In this document: one piece after another, positions 19,539 through 29,520 of the stretch | How the letters are laid out: the number at the start of each line of letters is the position of its first letter | How positions within the stretch are numbered: the stretch's first letter is position 1 | Assembly (NCBI GenBank): GCA_002413705.1 | Contig: DHXN01000011.1 | Location: forward strand, 162 to 64,161 | Length of the DNA: 64,000 nt | From: Candidatus Nomurabacteria bacterium UBA5155 | Lineage (GTDB): Bacteria; Patescibacteriota; Minisyncoccia; Phycocordibacterales; UBA9973 | Reading direction: 5' to 3' | Translations under genes and position numbers: made by a program | Notes under the pieces: model-generated | What the model saw: the letters and a program-made list of their open reading frames with translations, nothing else | What the model was told of the DNA's origin: nothing | The model's database searches: none

Positions 19539-20468
19539 TTGATAGATCTCGAAGCATTAAAAAAGAATCACAAGACACAATTTCTCGCAGAACAATACGA
19601 GGGTCTTTTGAGGCAGGAAGTTGAAACCAATGCACTGGCTGAGAGTGATGAATCAATGAAAGAAATGGCGCAAGAAGAACTCCGTGTCATTGCAGTGCAA
19701 AAAAAAGCACTCGAAAATCAGTTTGTCTCCATTGAAGCATCTGAAAAAGAAGAGGAGGAATTTCCCAATGAAATTATTTTGGAAGCGCGTGCCGGTGCCG
19801 GTGGGGACGAAGCATTTCTTTTTGCACACCAGCTTGTCGATATGTACTGTCGGTTTGCCGAGCTGAAAGGTTGGCAATGGAAAATGACCGACGATCTCAG
19901 TATCGAAATCAAAGGCAAGGACGTGTATCGCTTACTTCGTTTTGAGACCGGTGTACATCGTGTACAGCGCGTGCCGGCGACAGAAAAAAATGGTCGTATT
20001 CACACATCAACTGCCTCAATCGCCATTCTGCCAATTAAAAAGAAAGTGAAATTCGTTATCAATCCCGTTGACTTGGACATGGAATATTCTCGCTCCGGTG
20101 GCGCTGGAGGACAGAATGTGAACAAAGTGGAAACAGCAGTGCGTTTGATCCACAAACCGACAGGTATCGATGTGCGCTCAACCAGTGAGCGCAGTCAGCT
20201 TGGTAACCGTGAAAAAGCGTTTGCCATTCTCACGGCCAAGTTGCAGCAAATGGAAGAAGAAAAAGAAGCCGCGCAATATGCCGGCAATCGCAAGAGTCAG
20301 ATCGGCACCGCCGATCGCAGTGAGAAGATCCGCACCTATAACTTTCCGCAAGATCGCGTCACTGACCATCGCATCAAACAGAACTTCTCAAACATCGAAG
20401 GTATTATGATCGGCAAGATTGATAAGCTTATTGAAGCACTCCAGAATGAGGAACTTGAGAATTATTGA
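19539..20468 (+). CDS. prfA: Peptide chain release factor 1
   Basis: GGQ motif ([18 protein letters not shown]), RF1-type PAT tripeptide region; TTG start. Confidence 0.9.
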   Translation: MIDLEALKKNHKTQFLAEQYEGLLRQEVETNALAESDESMKEMAQEELRVIAVQKKALENQFVSIEASEKEEEEFPNEIILEARAGAGGDEAFLFAHQLVDMYCRFAELKGWQWKMTDDLSIEIKGKDVYRLLRFETGVHRVQRVPATEKNGRIHTSTASIAILPIKKKVKFVINPVDLDMEYSRSGGAGGQNVNKVETAVRLIHKPTGIDVRSTSERSQLGNREKAFAILTAKLQQMEEEKEAAQYAGNRKSQIGTADRSEKIRTYNFPQDRVTDHRIKQNFSNIEGIMIGKIDKLIEALQNEELENY

Positions 20469-20497
20469 AAATTTGGTATAGTAATCCAGCTACCCAC

Positions 20498-20569
20498 GCG
20501 TGCATAGTTCAGTGGTAGAACGCTGTCCTGATAAGACAGAGGTCCATGGTCCGATTCCATGTGCACGCA
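20498..20569 (+). tRNA. tRNA-Ile (anticodon GAT), CCA not encoded
   Basis: Manual cloverleaf: acceptor gcgtgca/tgcacgc, D-arm gttc-agtggta-gaac, anticodon loop ctGATaa, T-arm catgg-tccgatt-ccatg. Confidence 0.65.
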
Positions 20570-20577
20570 CAAAAAAT

Positions 20578-21273
20578 ATGATACTGAACGTGGTTGCAAC
20601 TCCTATAGGAAACCTGGCAGATTGCTCTCCACGAGCGAAGGAGGTTTTAAGTGAGGCAACATTGGTCATCGCCGAAGATACCAGAACAACTGGTCAGCTT
20701 TTGAAACTCCTTGGTATTGAAGGCAAGAAACATTTTCTTTCTTCTCATGCGCAAAGCAGTGAGAGTGCTTTGCAGAAAGCATTGGAAGCATGCACTGAAC
20801 ATGAAGTCATCGCACTTGTTACCGATGCAGGCACTCCCGCCATTTCTGACCCTGGTTCATTTTTCATCAGCCACTTTCGCGCAATGTATCCGCAAGCGCT
20901 GGTAGTGCCGATACCGGGACCTTCAGCCGTCATTGCGGCACTGTCCGTGTCGGGTTTTCCATCCAGTCATTTTGAATTTCTCGGTTTCATTCCTCATAAG
21001 AAAGGTCGTCAGACACTCTTTCAGTCGCTGACCACAAAAGAACATACCGTTGTACTCTATGAGTCACCGCATCGTATTATGAAAACTTTGGAATCGTTGG
21101 CAGAGGTACTTGATGAAAGTCGCTTAGTCATGGTGGGCAGAGAAATGACCAAAACATTTGAGGAATATCCTGTTAATTCGGCCAAAAATTTGTTGACATA
21201 CTACACTGAACATAGTGACAAGGTACGCGGTGAATTTGTGATTGTTATTAGTCCGACTGGTCTGGTACAATAG
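20578..21273 (+). CDS. rsmI: 16S rRNA (cytidine1402-2-prime-O)-methyltransferase RsmI
   Basis: Tetrapyrrole-methylase fold, DAGTPAISDPG motif; start moved to 20578 to clear tRNA. Confidence 0.85.
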   Translation: MILNVVATPIGNLADCSPRAKEVLSEATLVIAEDTRTTGQLLKLLGIEGKKHFLSSHAQSSESALQKALEACTEHEVIALVTDAGTPAISDPGSFFISHFRAMYPQALVVPIPGPSAVIAALSVSGFPSSHFEFLGFIPHKKGRQTLFQSLTTKEHTVVLYESPHRIMKTLESLAEVLDESRLVMVGREMTKTFEEYPVNSAKNLLTYYTEHSDKVRGEFVIVISPTGLVQ

Positions 21274-21277
21274 GGGA

Positions 21278-21472
21278 ATGATCGGCAAACTTCGACTTCT
21301 CTTTTGGCTGGGCATCGTGATGATGTTTTTACCATTTTTTGGTATTCCTAATACTTGGAAAACAGTTTTAGCGATATTGATCGGCATCGTGTTGATTGCA
21401 CTATCGTTTTCATTACGAGAGAAGCATCGTTTGTTGCGAACTATAATACGTAACCTGGAGCATCATGAATAG
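21278..21472 (+). CDS. Small 2-TM membrane protein
   Basis: 64-aa hydrophobic ORF between rsmI and ctp; weak. Confidence 0.3.
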   Translation: MIGKLRLLFWLGIVMMFLPFFGIPNTWKTVLAILIGIVLIALSFSLREKHRLLRTIIRNLEHHE

Positions 21473-22721
21473 TCTTTATAAAAAGTTTCCACCGCATATT
21501 AAAACAGGCATCAATATTTTAGCGGGGCTTATTTTAGTCGGACTAGTGTTCCTCGGGGGTGTTTATATTGGATATGGCAATCGTCCTGCTTTTGCGAAAG
21601 TGACTGGTCTAGTTCATCCTACTGATTCCAGTGTTGCGAGTAACACTGACTTTTCTCCATTTTGGCAAGCGTGGCAAATTGTTACTCAGAATTTTGCTCC
21701 AGGTACCACTACTGGTGGTGTACAGACTGCCGTTCCCACTGATCAAAATCGTGTCTACGGTGCTATACAGGGCATGGTAGCGTCATTTGGCGATCCTTAT
21801 ACTACATTCTTCCCACCGTCTCAGAATACGCAATTTCAGGCTCAAATAGCTGGTTCGTTTAGCGGTATCGGTATTGAAATTGGAGAGAAAAACGGTGTGC
21901 TTACGGTTATCTCCCCATTGAAAGGAACACCGGCAGAAGTTGCTGGAGTGAGGTCAGGTGACCAGGTCATTAAAATTGATTCTACGGTCACTTCAAATAT
22001 CACCGTTGACCAAGCTGTGACAATGATTCAGGGTAAGGATGGCTCAACTGTCACACTGACATTGGCTCGACAAGGCGTCGCTACACCTATTGTGATGCCG
22101 ATTACGCGCGGAACTATTTCACTTCCAACTGTTGATACAGAGACTCGTCCGGGCGGAGTGTTTATCATTCATTTGTACACATTTTCCGCTAACTCCGTGA
22201 CCTTGTTCAAAGCAGCAATGGATACATATCTTGCTTCTGGTGATCATAAGTTACTACTGGATCTACGAGGCAATCCCGGTGGCTATCTTGATGCAGCTGT
22301 GCACATTGGCAGTGAATTTATTCCACAAGGAGAAACGATTGTAAAAGAAATCGGCAAGACTGCGGCTGACACAACATCATACAAAAGTACTGGACCAAAA
22401 ATATTTCCCGCAAATGACAAACTGATTATTCTGGCAGACCAGGGTTCAGCATCAGCGGCAGAAATTCTGGCTGGCGCATTGAGTGAACAGAATATTGGCA
22501 CACTGGTTGGTCAGCAGACATTTGGCAAGGGATCGGTGCAACAAGTCATTCCTCTGACTGGTGACACTTCATTGAAAGTGACTGTAGCCCACTGGTACAC
22601 ACCAAATGGTATTTCTATCTCTGCCAAAGGTCTGACACCGAAGATTTTGATTCCGTTTGTTAGTACCGATAAGACTGACACACAGCTTCAAAAGGCAATT
22701 GATTTATTTAACACGCTATAA
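21465..22721 (+). CDS. S41 family C-terminal processing peptidase
   Basis: PDZ domain; LRGNPGGYL; catalytic GSASAAEI Ser and FGKGS Lys regions. Confidence 0.85.
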   Translation: MNSLYKKFPPHIKTGINILAGLILVGLVFLGGVYIGYGNRPAFAKVTGLVHPTDSSVASNTDFSPFWQAWQIVTQNFAPGTTTGGVQTAVPTDQNRVYGAIQGMVASFGDPYTTFFPPSQNTQFQAQIAGSFSGIGIEIGEKNGVLTVISPLKGTPAEVAGVRSGDQVIKIDSTVTSNITVDQAVTMIQGKDGSTVTLTLARQGVATPIVMPITRGTISLPTVDTETRPGGVFIIHLYTFSANSVTLFKAAMDTYLASGDHKLLLDLRGNPGGYLDAAVHIGSEFIPQGETIVKEIGKTAADTTSYKSTGPKIFPANDKLIILADQGSASAAEILAGALSEQNIGTLVGQQTFGKGSVQQVIPLTGDTSLKVTVAHWYTPNGISISAKGLTPKILIPFVSTDKTDTQLQKAIDLFNTL

Positions 22722-22727
22722 AAATAT

Positions 22728-23165
22728 ATGAAAGTCATACTATTAAAAACTGTTCCGAAAGTTGGTAAAAAAGACGATATTGTGACCGTACCAGATGGCT
22801 ACGCCCACAATGCGTTGTTTCCAAAAAAACTGGCGATACAAGCCACTGATCAAGCTATTGCTGCATTACAACGCACTCAGCAAAACAAGATTACTGAAAA
22901 AAATATTCAGCACGAACTATTGGACAAAGCTATTGAAAGTCTGGAAGGGAAGACACTGATCTACACTGCCAAGAAAAATGACAAAGGAAGTCTGTTCTCA
23001 AAAATTACTGAACAAGATATTAGCAAGGCACTGATGAGCCAACACCGTATTGCTATTGATGCTAAGCTGATGACGATTGGTGTCAGTATTAAACAAGTCG
23101 GTGACTACACTGTGACGGTAAAAGACGGGGAGTACACTTCTTCATTTGTTGTTTCAGTACAATAA
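22728..23165 (+). CDS. rplI: 50S ribosomal protein L9
   Basis: MKVILLKTVPKVGKKDDIVTV N-terminus. Confidence 0.9.
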   Translation: MKVILLKTVPKVGKKDDIVTVPDGYAHNALFPKKLAIQATDQAIAALQRTQQNKITEKNIQHELLDKAIESLEGKTLIYTAKKNDKGSLFSKITEQDISKALMSQHRIAIDAKLMTIGVSIKQVGDYTVTVKDGEYTSSFVVSVQ

Positions 23166-23192
23166 AAAAACTCCCATATGGGAGTTTTTTTA
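23164..23192. terminator. Bidirectional intrinsic terminator (rplI / rpmA)
   Basis: A-run, ctcccatatgggag, T-run. Confidence 0.7.
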
Positions 23193-23477
23193 CTATGCTC
23201 GCGCGTCGAGAATATTTACCATTTTACGAACGGTAGTAGTACCATCGAAGTTAAGCTTACGCTTTTGAGTGAATTTCACAAATCCGGGCTTCAATGCGTA
23301 CAGAGTGTGGTCTCTACCAATACCCACTGCTTTTCCAGCAAGGATCTTAGTACCGCGCTGACGCACGATGATAGAACCAGCAATCGCTGTCTGTCCGTCG
23401 TAAAGCTTGGTACCAAGATATTTTGGCTGTGAATCTGTTAGGTTTTTTGCTGCTCCTTGAGCTTTCTTATGTGCCAT
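23193..23477 (-). CDS. rpmA: 50S ribosomal protein L27
   Basis: MAHKKAQG...[12 protein letters not shown]...GRDHTLYA. Confidence 0.9.
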   Translation of the reverse strand: MAHKKAQGAAKNLTDSQPKYLGTKLYDGQTAIAGSIIVRQRGTKILAGKAVGIGRDHTLYALKPGFVKFTQKRKLNFDGTTTVRKMVNILDARA

Positions 23478-23533
23478 AGTGAGACTATGATAGCTCAAAT
23501 GGCTTTATGTGTCAATTAAGGTATACTGATGCA

Positions 23534-23896
23534 ATGCAGGCCTTTATCGCCCGACATCATCAGATTCTTTTTGGCGTAGCAATCACTTGTGCAGTGATTG
23601 CAGCCTTTTGCACAGGTTTCCTGGAAGGGAAGCATGCTTCGACTACAGCACCTGTTACTCTTGCCTGTTCAAGCAACATTTTAGATAAACTGTCAATACC
23701 TGTACAAGCCTTGGCAAATGGGGTAGTGGCGCATGCATCGAGTGTCCCACAAGGCATGTATGTCGGTTCCAAAAACAGTACCAAATATTATCTGCCGACA
23801 TGCAAAGCAGTGAAGCGTATCAAGCCAGCTAACTATCAATGGTTTGATAGTGCAGAGGATGCCCAGATCCAGGGCTATACCCCAGGAAAATGTTAA
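23534..23896 (+). CDS. Membrane-anchored protein with C-terminal Cys-containing Ada-like putative metal-binding domain
   Basis: One TM; C-terminal YVGSKNSTKYYLPTC...KRIKPANYQWFDSAEDAQIQGYTPGKC pattern. Confidence 0.45.
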   Translation: MQAFIARHHQILFGVAITCAVIAAFCTGFLEGKHASTTAPVTLACSSNILDKLSIPVQALANGVVAHASSVPQGMYVGSKNSTKYYLPTCKAVKRIKPANYQWFDSAEDAQIQGYTPGKC

Positions 23897-24816
23897 AATC
23901 AATTTTATCGCTATCTATAATGGCCGCGTTTGGATTGTTAGTCTTTGCGCTGGTACTTCCTACACAAGCCAATCAAGCAGCACAGACAGTGCTGGGAGAA
24001 ACAACGACAATCAATAGAGTAGCGGGTGTGAGTATTCCCGTGAATACTATTTCTCGTGCAATTTCATCGCTATTGCCAAATACAAAAAGTTCACAGGGAA
24101 CGACCCCTGTCACTGTTCCAAAAGATACCTCACCGCTATCGATAGAAAATATTATTGATGCCACCAATGCCGAACGTATCAAAGCAGGGTTGCCGCCACT
24201 AAAGACCAGTGTCAAACTTGAACAGTCAGCAAAAATAAAAACTGAAGATATGATTACTAATCAATACTTCGAACATACTTCGCCAACAGGTAAAACTGTT
24301 GCGGATTTGGGCAATGAAGTGGGGTATGACTATGTGGTAATGGGAGAAAATTTAGCGCTCGGTGATTTCACCAGCGCAGCTGATCTATTGCAAGCGTGGA
24401 TGAACAGTCCCGGTCATCGCGCAAATATTTTAAATACTTCGTACCAAGATATTGGTGTGTATGCGACACAAGGTACATACCAAGGTCGCACTGTTTGGTT
24501 TGCTGTTCAACATTTTGGCACTGAGCGGGGAGTCTGCCCTAGCATCGATAGCTCTTTGAAGAGTTCTATCGACAGTCTCAATGCGACTATCAAAAAAGAA
24601 GAGTCTGATATTAGTGCATTGCGTACGCAGATTGAGGATCCGAATCATCCGGACAATCAAAATTATGCCAATTTAATTTCACAATTTAATTCGCTTGTTG
24701 CAACATATAATGTAAACGTGACGACTTCTCAGCAAGAAATTTCTCAGTATAACAAAGAGGTGATTGCTTTCAATAAATGCCTCGGTCAGTATCAGGTTAC
24801 TCCTGTAAAAGAATAG
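23890..24816 (+). CDS. Secreted CAP/SCP/PR-1-like domain protein (YkwD-like) with C-terminal coiled coil
   Basis: Signal peptide; NAER...GENLALG...WMNSPGHRANIL CAP motifs. Confidence 0.75.
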   Translation: MLKSILSLSIMAAFGLLVFALVLPTQANQAAQTVLGETTTINRVAGVSIPVNTISRAISSLLPNTKSSQGTTPVTVPKDTSPLSIENIIDATNAERIKAGLPPLKTSVKLEQSAKIKTEDMITNQYFEHTSPTGKTVADLGNEVGYDYVVMGENLALGDFTSAADLLQAWMNSPGHRANILNTSYQDIGVYATQGTYQGRTVWFAVQHFGTERGVCPSIDSSLKSSIDSLNATIKKEESDISALRTQIEDPNHPDNQNYANLISQFNSLVATYNVNVTTSQQEISQYNKEVIAFNKCLGQYQVTPVKE

Positions 24817-24950
24817 GGGGTCTTCGAAATTATGTTAACGTCGTACAATATATCTTTTAAGACGTTAGATATGAAAATTAGCCTTTATATAGAAAATGTT
24901 GTAATTTATATCTAAATACTGATCATAACTTACCTTAAAAAAGAAATACC

Positions 24951-25598
24951 ATGGAAGAATCTATTATTTTCTCCGAAGCTTGGAGATATTTTCTCAGCAT
25001 CATTGCGAGTGTAATACTTATTGCAGGAGCCGCACGATACATTCGATCGATTGCAAAAAGAGTCGTGATTACCCGTCCCTTGGCTTGGTGCAGTATCACA
25101 TTACTCATGGCTGCTACATTGTACACTCAATTGATGATGATAGGATTTCAACCAAGTCTTATTGTATTGGCATCCTATGTGGCAGCCTGCGCAATGATCT
25201 GCTTGGTTTCTTTTTTTCAAAAAAGATATGATGACCACGCCAAACCACTAGAATGGATTTTTCTGTTGTGGAGTGTGATTGCAGTCTGCATTTATATCGT
25301 AACGAAAGATGTCTACGCCATCATGTGGTGCGCACTGTGCGGACATGTGTTCATTAGTGTTATAACATTTTTCAATGGTAGTAGCGCTACTCTGCTATCT
25401 CAATGTTCGAGTATGTGGTGCTGCACAATGATCGCGCAATGTCTTGTAATTTTTACCTGCATAGACCAAAATTATTTGTATGCAATAGTGCCAGCATATC
25501 TCTTGTTGTTCAATGCGATAATGACAGTGACAACATCGAGAAAAATTCTTCATAAGTGGCGAATCAAACTCATTCGTAAACCAAAATGCCAAACATAA
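24951..25598 (+). CDS. Polytopic Cys-rich membrane protein, unknown function
   Basis: ~6 hydrophobic segments, many Cys (CALCGH, MWCC). Confidence 0.5.
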   Translation: MEESIIFSEAWRYFLSIIASVILIAGAARYIRSIAKRVVITRPLAWCSITLLMAATLYTQLMMIGFQPSLIVLASYVAACAMICLVSFFQKRYDDHAKPLEWIFLLWSVIAVCIYIVTKDVYAIMWCALCGHVFISVITFFNGSSATLLSQCSSMWCCTMIAQCLVIFTCIDQNYLYAIVPAYLLLFNAIMTVTTSRKILHKWRIKLIRKPKCQT

Positions 25599-25613
25599 CG
25601 TTTGGCATTTTTT
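25582..25613. terminator. Bidirectional intrinsic terminator
   Basis: atgccaaac-ataac-gtttggcat + TTTTT. Confidence 0.7.
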
Positions 25614-25989
25614 ATTTATCTAACAGTTCCAGAATTTTATCGAGCTTTTGGTTTTCTATCACATCCAAACGTTTGATAATATCCTCAATCTTTTTTTCAG
25701 ACTCCACATTTGTCTCGTAGTCTGCATCAGCACGCAGCTCCGAGTGGCGACTTTGCAGGTTTTGACCCACCATAATAATAGATAGCAGAACGAGTTGCAA
25801 GAATGTTTGTGCTGTCCAAGAAACAATTGTTGCAGTTCCACCGGCTATTGCTTGCGGCAAACTGATCAATGCCAAAATGGTGAATGCAATTGCGCACCAC
25901 ATAGTGCCAACAATGCTGGTGATAAATACTGCGGCTTTGTCGAGCGGACTAAGATTTTCTTTGTGTTCTTTGTTGATGTTGCGAACCAT
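25612..25989 (-). CDS. DUF1003-like small membrane protein
   Basis: Two TM helices followed by DADYETNVESEKKIEDI pattern. Confidence 0.45.
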   Translation of the reverse strand: MVRNINKEHKENLSPLDKAAVFITSIVGTMWCAIAFTILALISLPQAIAGGTATIVSWTAQTFLQLVLLSIIMVGQNLQSRHSELRADADYETNVESEKKIEDIIKRLDVIENQKLDKILELLDK

Positions 25990-25992
25990 ATG

Positions 25993-26697
25993 TTACTCGT
26001 GTGCCATTACTTCTGCGCGCTCTGATTCGATCGCGTGCAATATGCGCTCGGCGACGTATTCTGCACTATCTGCTTCAGGCATGTCCTCTCGATTAAACGG
26101 AGCTACTCCCCCTACTTTAATAGAGTTTTTGCTAAATCCCGTGTCAGTCAAACCTGGGTGCATGACATTGACGATGATATTATCTTTTTCTAGTTCTGCT
26201 CGGGCGGTAAGACTGAGACAATTTAATGCATATTTTGTGGAAGCATAGGCGCCAAGATTGGGAAAATAATTTTTTGACACTAGTGAACTAATATTTAAAA
26301 TGTGTCCGCTTCCCTGCTCGCGCATAATGGGAATTACCCGTTGCATCGCAATTAACGGGCCGATGATATTCAGATCAATTATTTTCTGGTATTCATGAAT
26401 GGCGACATGTTCAATCGGAGCATACAGTCCTTTACCGGCATTGTTTACCAATACATCAATTCTACCAAAATGTTCTTTCACTTTGTGAATCATTTCTTTA
26501 ACATCAGTTTCCTTTGCCATATCAGTCGGCACTGCAAATGATCCTGGGATTTCATTTACCAATGTTTCTAATACCTCAACTGATCGTGCCGCCAGTGCTA
26601 CCTTTGCGCCGTGTTGTGCCAGTAATCGCGCAGTTGCCAGACCGATCCCGCCGGTCGCTCCAGTAATAATGATCACTTTTCCGTCTACTTTTTTCAT
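25993..26697 (-). CDS. SDR family oxidoreductase
   Basis: TGATGGIG, NNAG, YxxxK (YASTK) motifs. Confidence 0.85.
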   Translation of the reverse strand: MKKVDGKVIIITGATGGIGLATARLLAQHGAKVALAARSVEVLETLVNEIPGSFAVPTDMAKETDVKEMIHKVKEHFGRIDVLVNNAGKGLYAPIEHVAIHEYQKIIDLNIIGPLIAMQRVIPIMREQGSGHILNISSLVSKNYFPNLGAYASTKYALNCLSLTARAELEKDNIIVNVMHPGLTDTGFSKNSIKVGGVAPFNREDMPEADSAEYVAERILHAIESERAEVMAHE

Positions 26698-26748
26698 ATG
26701 TATAGTATACCGCAACAGTACTGCTTTGATCTACTCGGTTAGGCTTTT

Positions 26749-27996
26749 TTATGCATTACTTCCTGCCACGAAACCTGTTGTCCAACAGAGTTGTAGGGAG
26801 AACCCGCCGGAAGGGCGCGTGATGTGAAGGAGATCGCCGGTGATGTAGAGGTTAGAGTAGAGTTTGGAACGCATAGTTTTCATGTCCATTTCGGTCAGAG
26901 GGATGCCGCCGTCTGCCACTACTGCTCGGTCAAAACCCATGAGTCCAGTGATAGTCATTGGCAATGTCTTTAGAGTATCAACTATGAGCTTGCGCTGTTC
27001 CTTTGTCACGCTGTGCACTTTTGTTTCTGGATCAACGGTAGGTAGTAATGAAAAGACTGCTTCGATCATGCCATGTGGCACGATGTCATCCATGATATTT
27101 TTTAAAAGCTTGTTCTTGTTATTTTCAAATACTGAAAGAATTTTTTGCTCCAATGCCGCGTGATCTGTATCTGGATAGGCATCGATGACTGCTGTTACTC
27201 TCCCTTCCTGCAGCAAGTCTCCCACCATGACTGCAGAATTTAAAATCAACGGGCCTGACAGTCCAAAGTGTGTGAAGAGCAGCTTGCCTGTCTTTGAGAA
27301 TTTCTTTTTTCCTTCCACGGAGAATGTAATTTTCATAAATGTCAGCGACGTACCCGACAATGATTTCACCCATGATTCTTTCACTGCCAACGGTACGATG
27401 CTTGGCGTCGGTGCAGTCACACTGTGCCCTAGAGCTTTGAGCCAATTGAAGCCATCACCTGTAGAGCCGGTTTCTGCATGTGACACGCCGCCTGTAGCCA
27501 GAATGTAGGTTTTGGCAGTAAGCGTTTCCTCGCCTGCTATCACTCCTTGTATAGCGCCATCTGACGCTAGTATCCGCTCCACTGGACTGCTAGTCTTCAC
27601 CGTGACATTTCCCTCTTTCATATATTGCTCTAGTGTATTGAATACATCGATAGATTTTTCCGTATGAGGAAATGCGCGCTTGCGAGCTTGCACCACCAGT
27701 GGCAATCCTCTTTTTTCAAAAAATTCAAACGTGGTCTTGTTGCTAAATTGCGCGAACACCGAATATAAGAATTGCTCGGCTTTGCCATAGTGTTTTAGAA
27801 ACAATCTTGTGTCTTCCTCAGCGTTTGTGATATTACATCGCCCGCCACCACTGATCTTCAATTTTTCCCCAAGCTTTTTATTCTTTTCTAGCAATAATAC
27901 TTTTTTACCGCACTCCGCTGCACGTCCTGCTGCCATAATGCCTGCAGGACCTCCTCCTACCACAATGACATCATATTGTTGTGTCGTCGTAGTCAT
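26749..27996 (-). CDS. HI0933-like (BaiN/aminoacetone oxidase family) flavoprotein
   Basis: DVIVVGGGPAG Rossmann start; GGGRCNITN motif. Confidence 0.85.
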   Translation of the reverse strand: MTTTTQQYDVIVVGGGPAGIMAAGRAAECGKKVLLLEKNKKLGEKLKISGGGRCNITNAEEDTRLFLKHYGKAEQFLYSVFAQFSNKTTFEFFEKRGLPLVVQARKRAFPHTEKSIDVFNTLEQYMKEGNVTVKTSSPVERILASDGAIQGVIAGEETLTAKTYILATGGVSHAETGSTGDGFNWLKALGHSVTAPTPSIVPLAVKESWVKSLSGTSLTFMKITFSVEGKKKFSKTGKLLFTHFGLSGPLILNSAVMVGDLLQEGRVTAVIDAYPDTDHAALEQKILSVFENNKNKLLKNIMDDIVPHGMIEAVFSLLPTVDPETKVHSVTKEQRKLIVDTLKTLPMTITGLMGFDRAVVADGGIPLTEMDMKTMRSKLYSNLYITGDLLHITRPSGGFSLQLCWTTGFVAGSNA

Positions 27997-27997
27997 A

Positions 27998-29467
27998 TTA
28001 CTTATCCAAATCTAATACTTCATCAATGCGAATCTGATGCACGAATTCCGGTACATGAGATACCACAATCATGGCACCAGCAAATGTACTCAAGGCTTTG
28101 GCAATGATCGGTAAATGGCGAAAATTGATATGGTTTGTAGGTTCATCAAGAATAAGCAATCCTGGTTCCATCAATACCAATGTTGCAAATGCCACCAATC
28201 CTTTTTGTCCTTCTGAAAGACTGCCAACTTTGGTATTGATAATATCTGAAGTGATAAGAAATGTTGATGCGGTGGAACGAATACGTTCTTCATTGGGACG
28301 CAAGCCAGACGATGCCATAGCTTTTTTCAATGATTCGTATGCAGTATCATTGAAATCGAGTGTTGAGAAATCTTGTCGATAATATCCCACGCGCACATTT
28401 TTACCGATCACTGATCCCTTGGCAGTGCCATTGGCAATAGATTCAAGCAATGTGCTTTTGCCGATACCGTTTGGTCCGCGAAGCAGAAGGTGTTGATTTT
28501 TCTTCAATGAGATAGCAGCTTTGCGTTCCGTGACTTTATGATTTTTTAAGACGGTAAACGAAGTGATGTTGATAATTTCTCCAATGGTGTCGTGTTGGGC
28601 AGGAATGGTAAACGGACGAATAGTCTTGTCTTCTTTTCGAACATCAACAATATCCTCTTCAAGTTCTTCAGCTTTCTCGCGCATGCGTTTAGCCACCAAA
28701 CGCATTTGGCCACCTTTATAAGCGAACTGATTAGCTTTCTCTTTCTTGGCTTGAATTTCTTTTGCCAACATAGCATTTTTCATGTTTTCTCTTTCGATAC
28801 GCACTGAGATATCGCGCACTACATCGGTATAGTTACCGACATATTGTTCAATCTTGCGAGTGAAGATATCTAAGTATAAGACACCTTCAGTGAAGGCATT
28901 CAGGAATGCCGCATCATGAGAAATAACCAGAACAGTTTTTTTATAATCAATCAAAAACTTTGTCAGGTGTTCAATGCCGGCAGTATCCAAATTGTTTGTT
29001 GGCTCATCGAGTAATAATAGGTCAGGATCTTGAATCAACGCAGATGCTAGCAGTAGGCGCGCTTGCTGTCCGCCAGAAAAACTTTTGATAATTTTTTCAT
29101 GAACATGTTTGACGTTGAGATTGACCGCTTCCAACACTGCATCAATGCGCGGGTCAATATCATACATCTTTTCTTTGAATTGTGATTCGAAATATTCTCG
29201 TACCGTCAGTTCCATCTGTTCACGAGCGATGACCTGGCGTGCAGTGGCTACTGTGGTGCCTTTGACGATATTGATACTACCTTCTTCTGGTTTGAAGACC
29301 CCAGTTAGCAGATTGAAAATAGTACTTTTGCCGGCACCATTTTGCCCCATCAGTGTTAGCTTTGCACCTTTACGAATTGAAAAAGACACCTCTTCCAAGA
29401 TGGGTTTTGTGGCACTATATTCAAATGATACGGCATCAAAGCGTACGATTGCTTCCCCTTTTGACAT
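27998..29467 (-). CDS. ABC-F family ATPase (two tandem ABC domains, no TMD)
   Basis: Two Walker A/LSGGQ-type signatures (LSGGQQARL, LSEGQKGL) with linker. Confidence 0.85.
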   Translation of the reverse strand: MSKGEAIVRFDAVSFEYSATKPILEEVSFSIRKGAKLTLMGQNGAGKSTIFNLLTGVFKPEEGSINIVKGTTVATARQVIAREQMELTVREYFESQFKEKMYDIDPRIDAVLEAVNLNVKHVHEKIIKSFSGGQQARLLLASALIQDPDLLLLDEPTNNLDTAGIEHLTKFLIDYKKTVLVISHDAAFLNAFTEGVLYLDIFTRKIEQYVGNYTDVVRDISVRIERENMKNAMLAKEIQAKKEKANQFAYKGGQMRLVAKRMREKAEELEEDIVDVRKEDKTIRPFTIPAQHDTIGEIINITSFTVLKNHKVTERKAAISLKKNQHLLLRGPNGIGKSTLLESIANGTAKGSVIGKNVRVGYYRQDFSTLDFNDTAYESLKKAMASSGLRPNEERIRSTASTFLITSDIINTKVGSLSEGQKGLVAFATLVLMEPGLLILDEPTNHINFRHLPIIAKALSTFAGAMIVVSHVPEFVHQIRIDEVLDLDK

Positions 29468-29470
29468 ATA

Positions 29471-29496
29471 CAATAAAAGTGTTATGAGTATAACAC
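29471..29496 (-). terminator. Weak intrinsic terminator after lexA
   Basis: gtgttat-gagt-ataacac then T-rich on minus strand. Confidence 0.3.
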
Positions 29497-29520
29497 AGAT
29501 ATCATATATATAAAGGAGAT

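Noticed and set aside
20500-20577. 5-prime extension of rsmI ORF (MHSSVVERCPDKTEVHGPIPCARTKN)
   Set aside because: It is the translation of the tRNA-Ile gene; the real start is MILNVVATP
23178-23432. 84-aa plus-strand ORF
   Set aside because: Antisense shadow of rpmA (L27)
24820-24950. Possible structured RNA in the 134-bp gap before the Cys-rich membrane protein (TAACGTC...GACGTTA inverted repeat)
   Set aside because: Only a 7-bp stem with a 20-nt loop, AT-rich; more likely a promoter region
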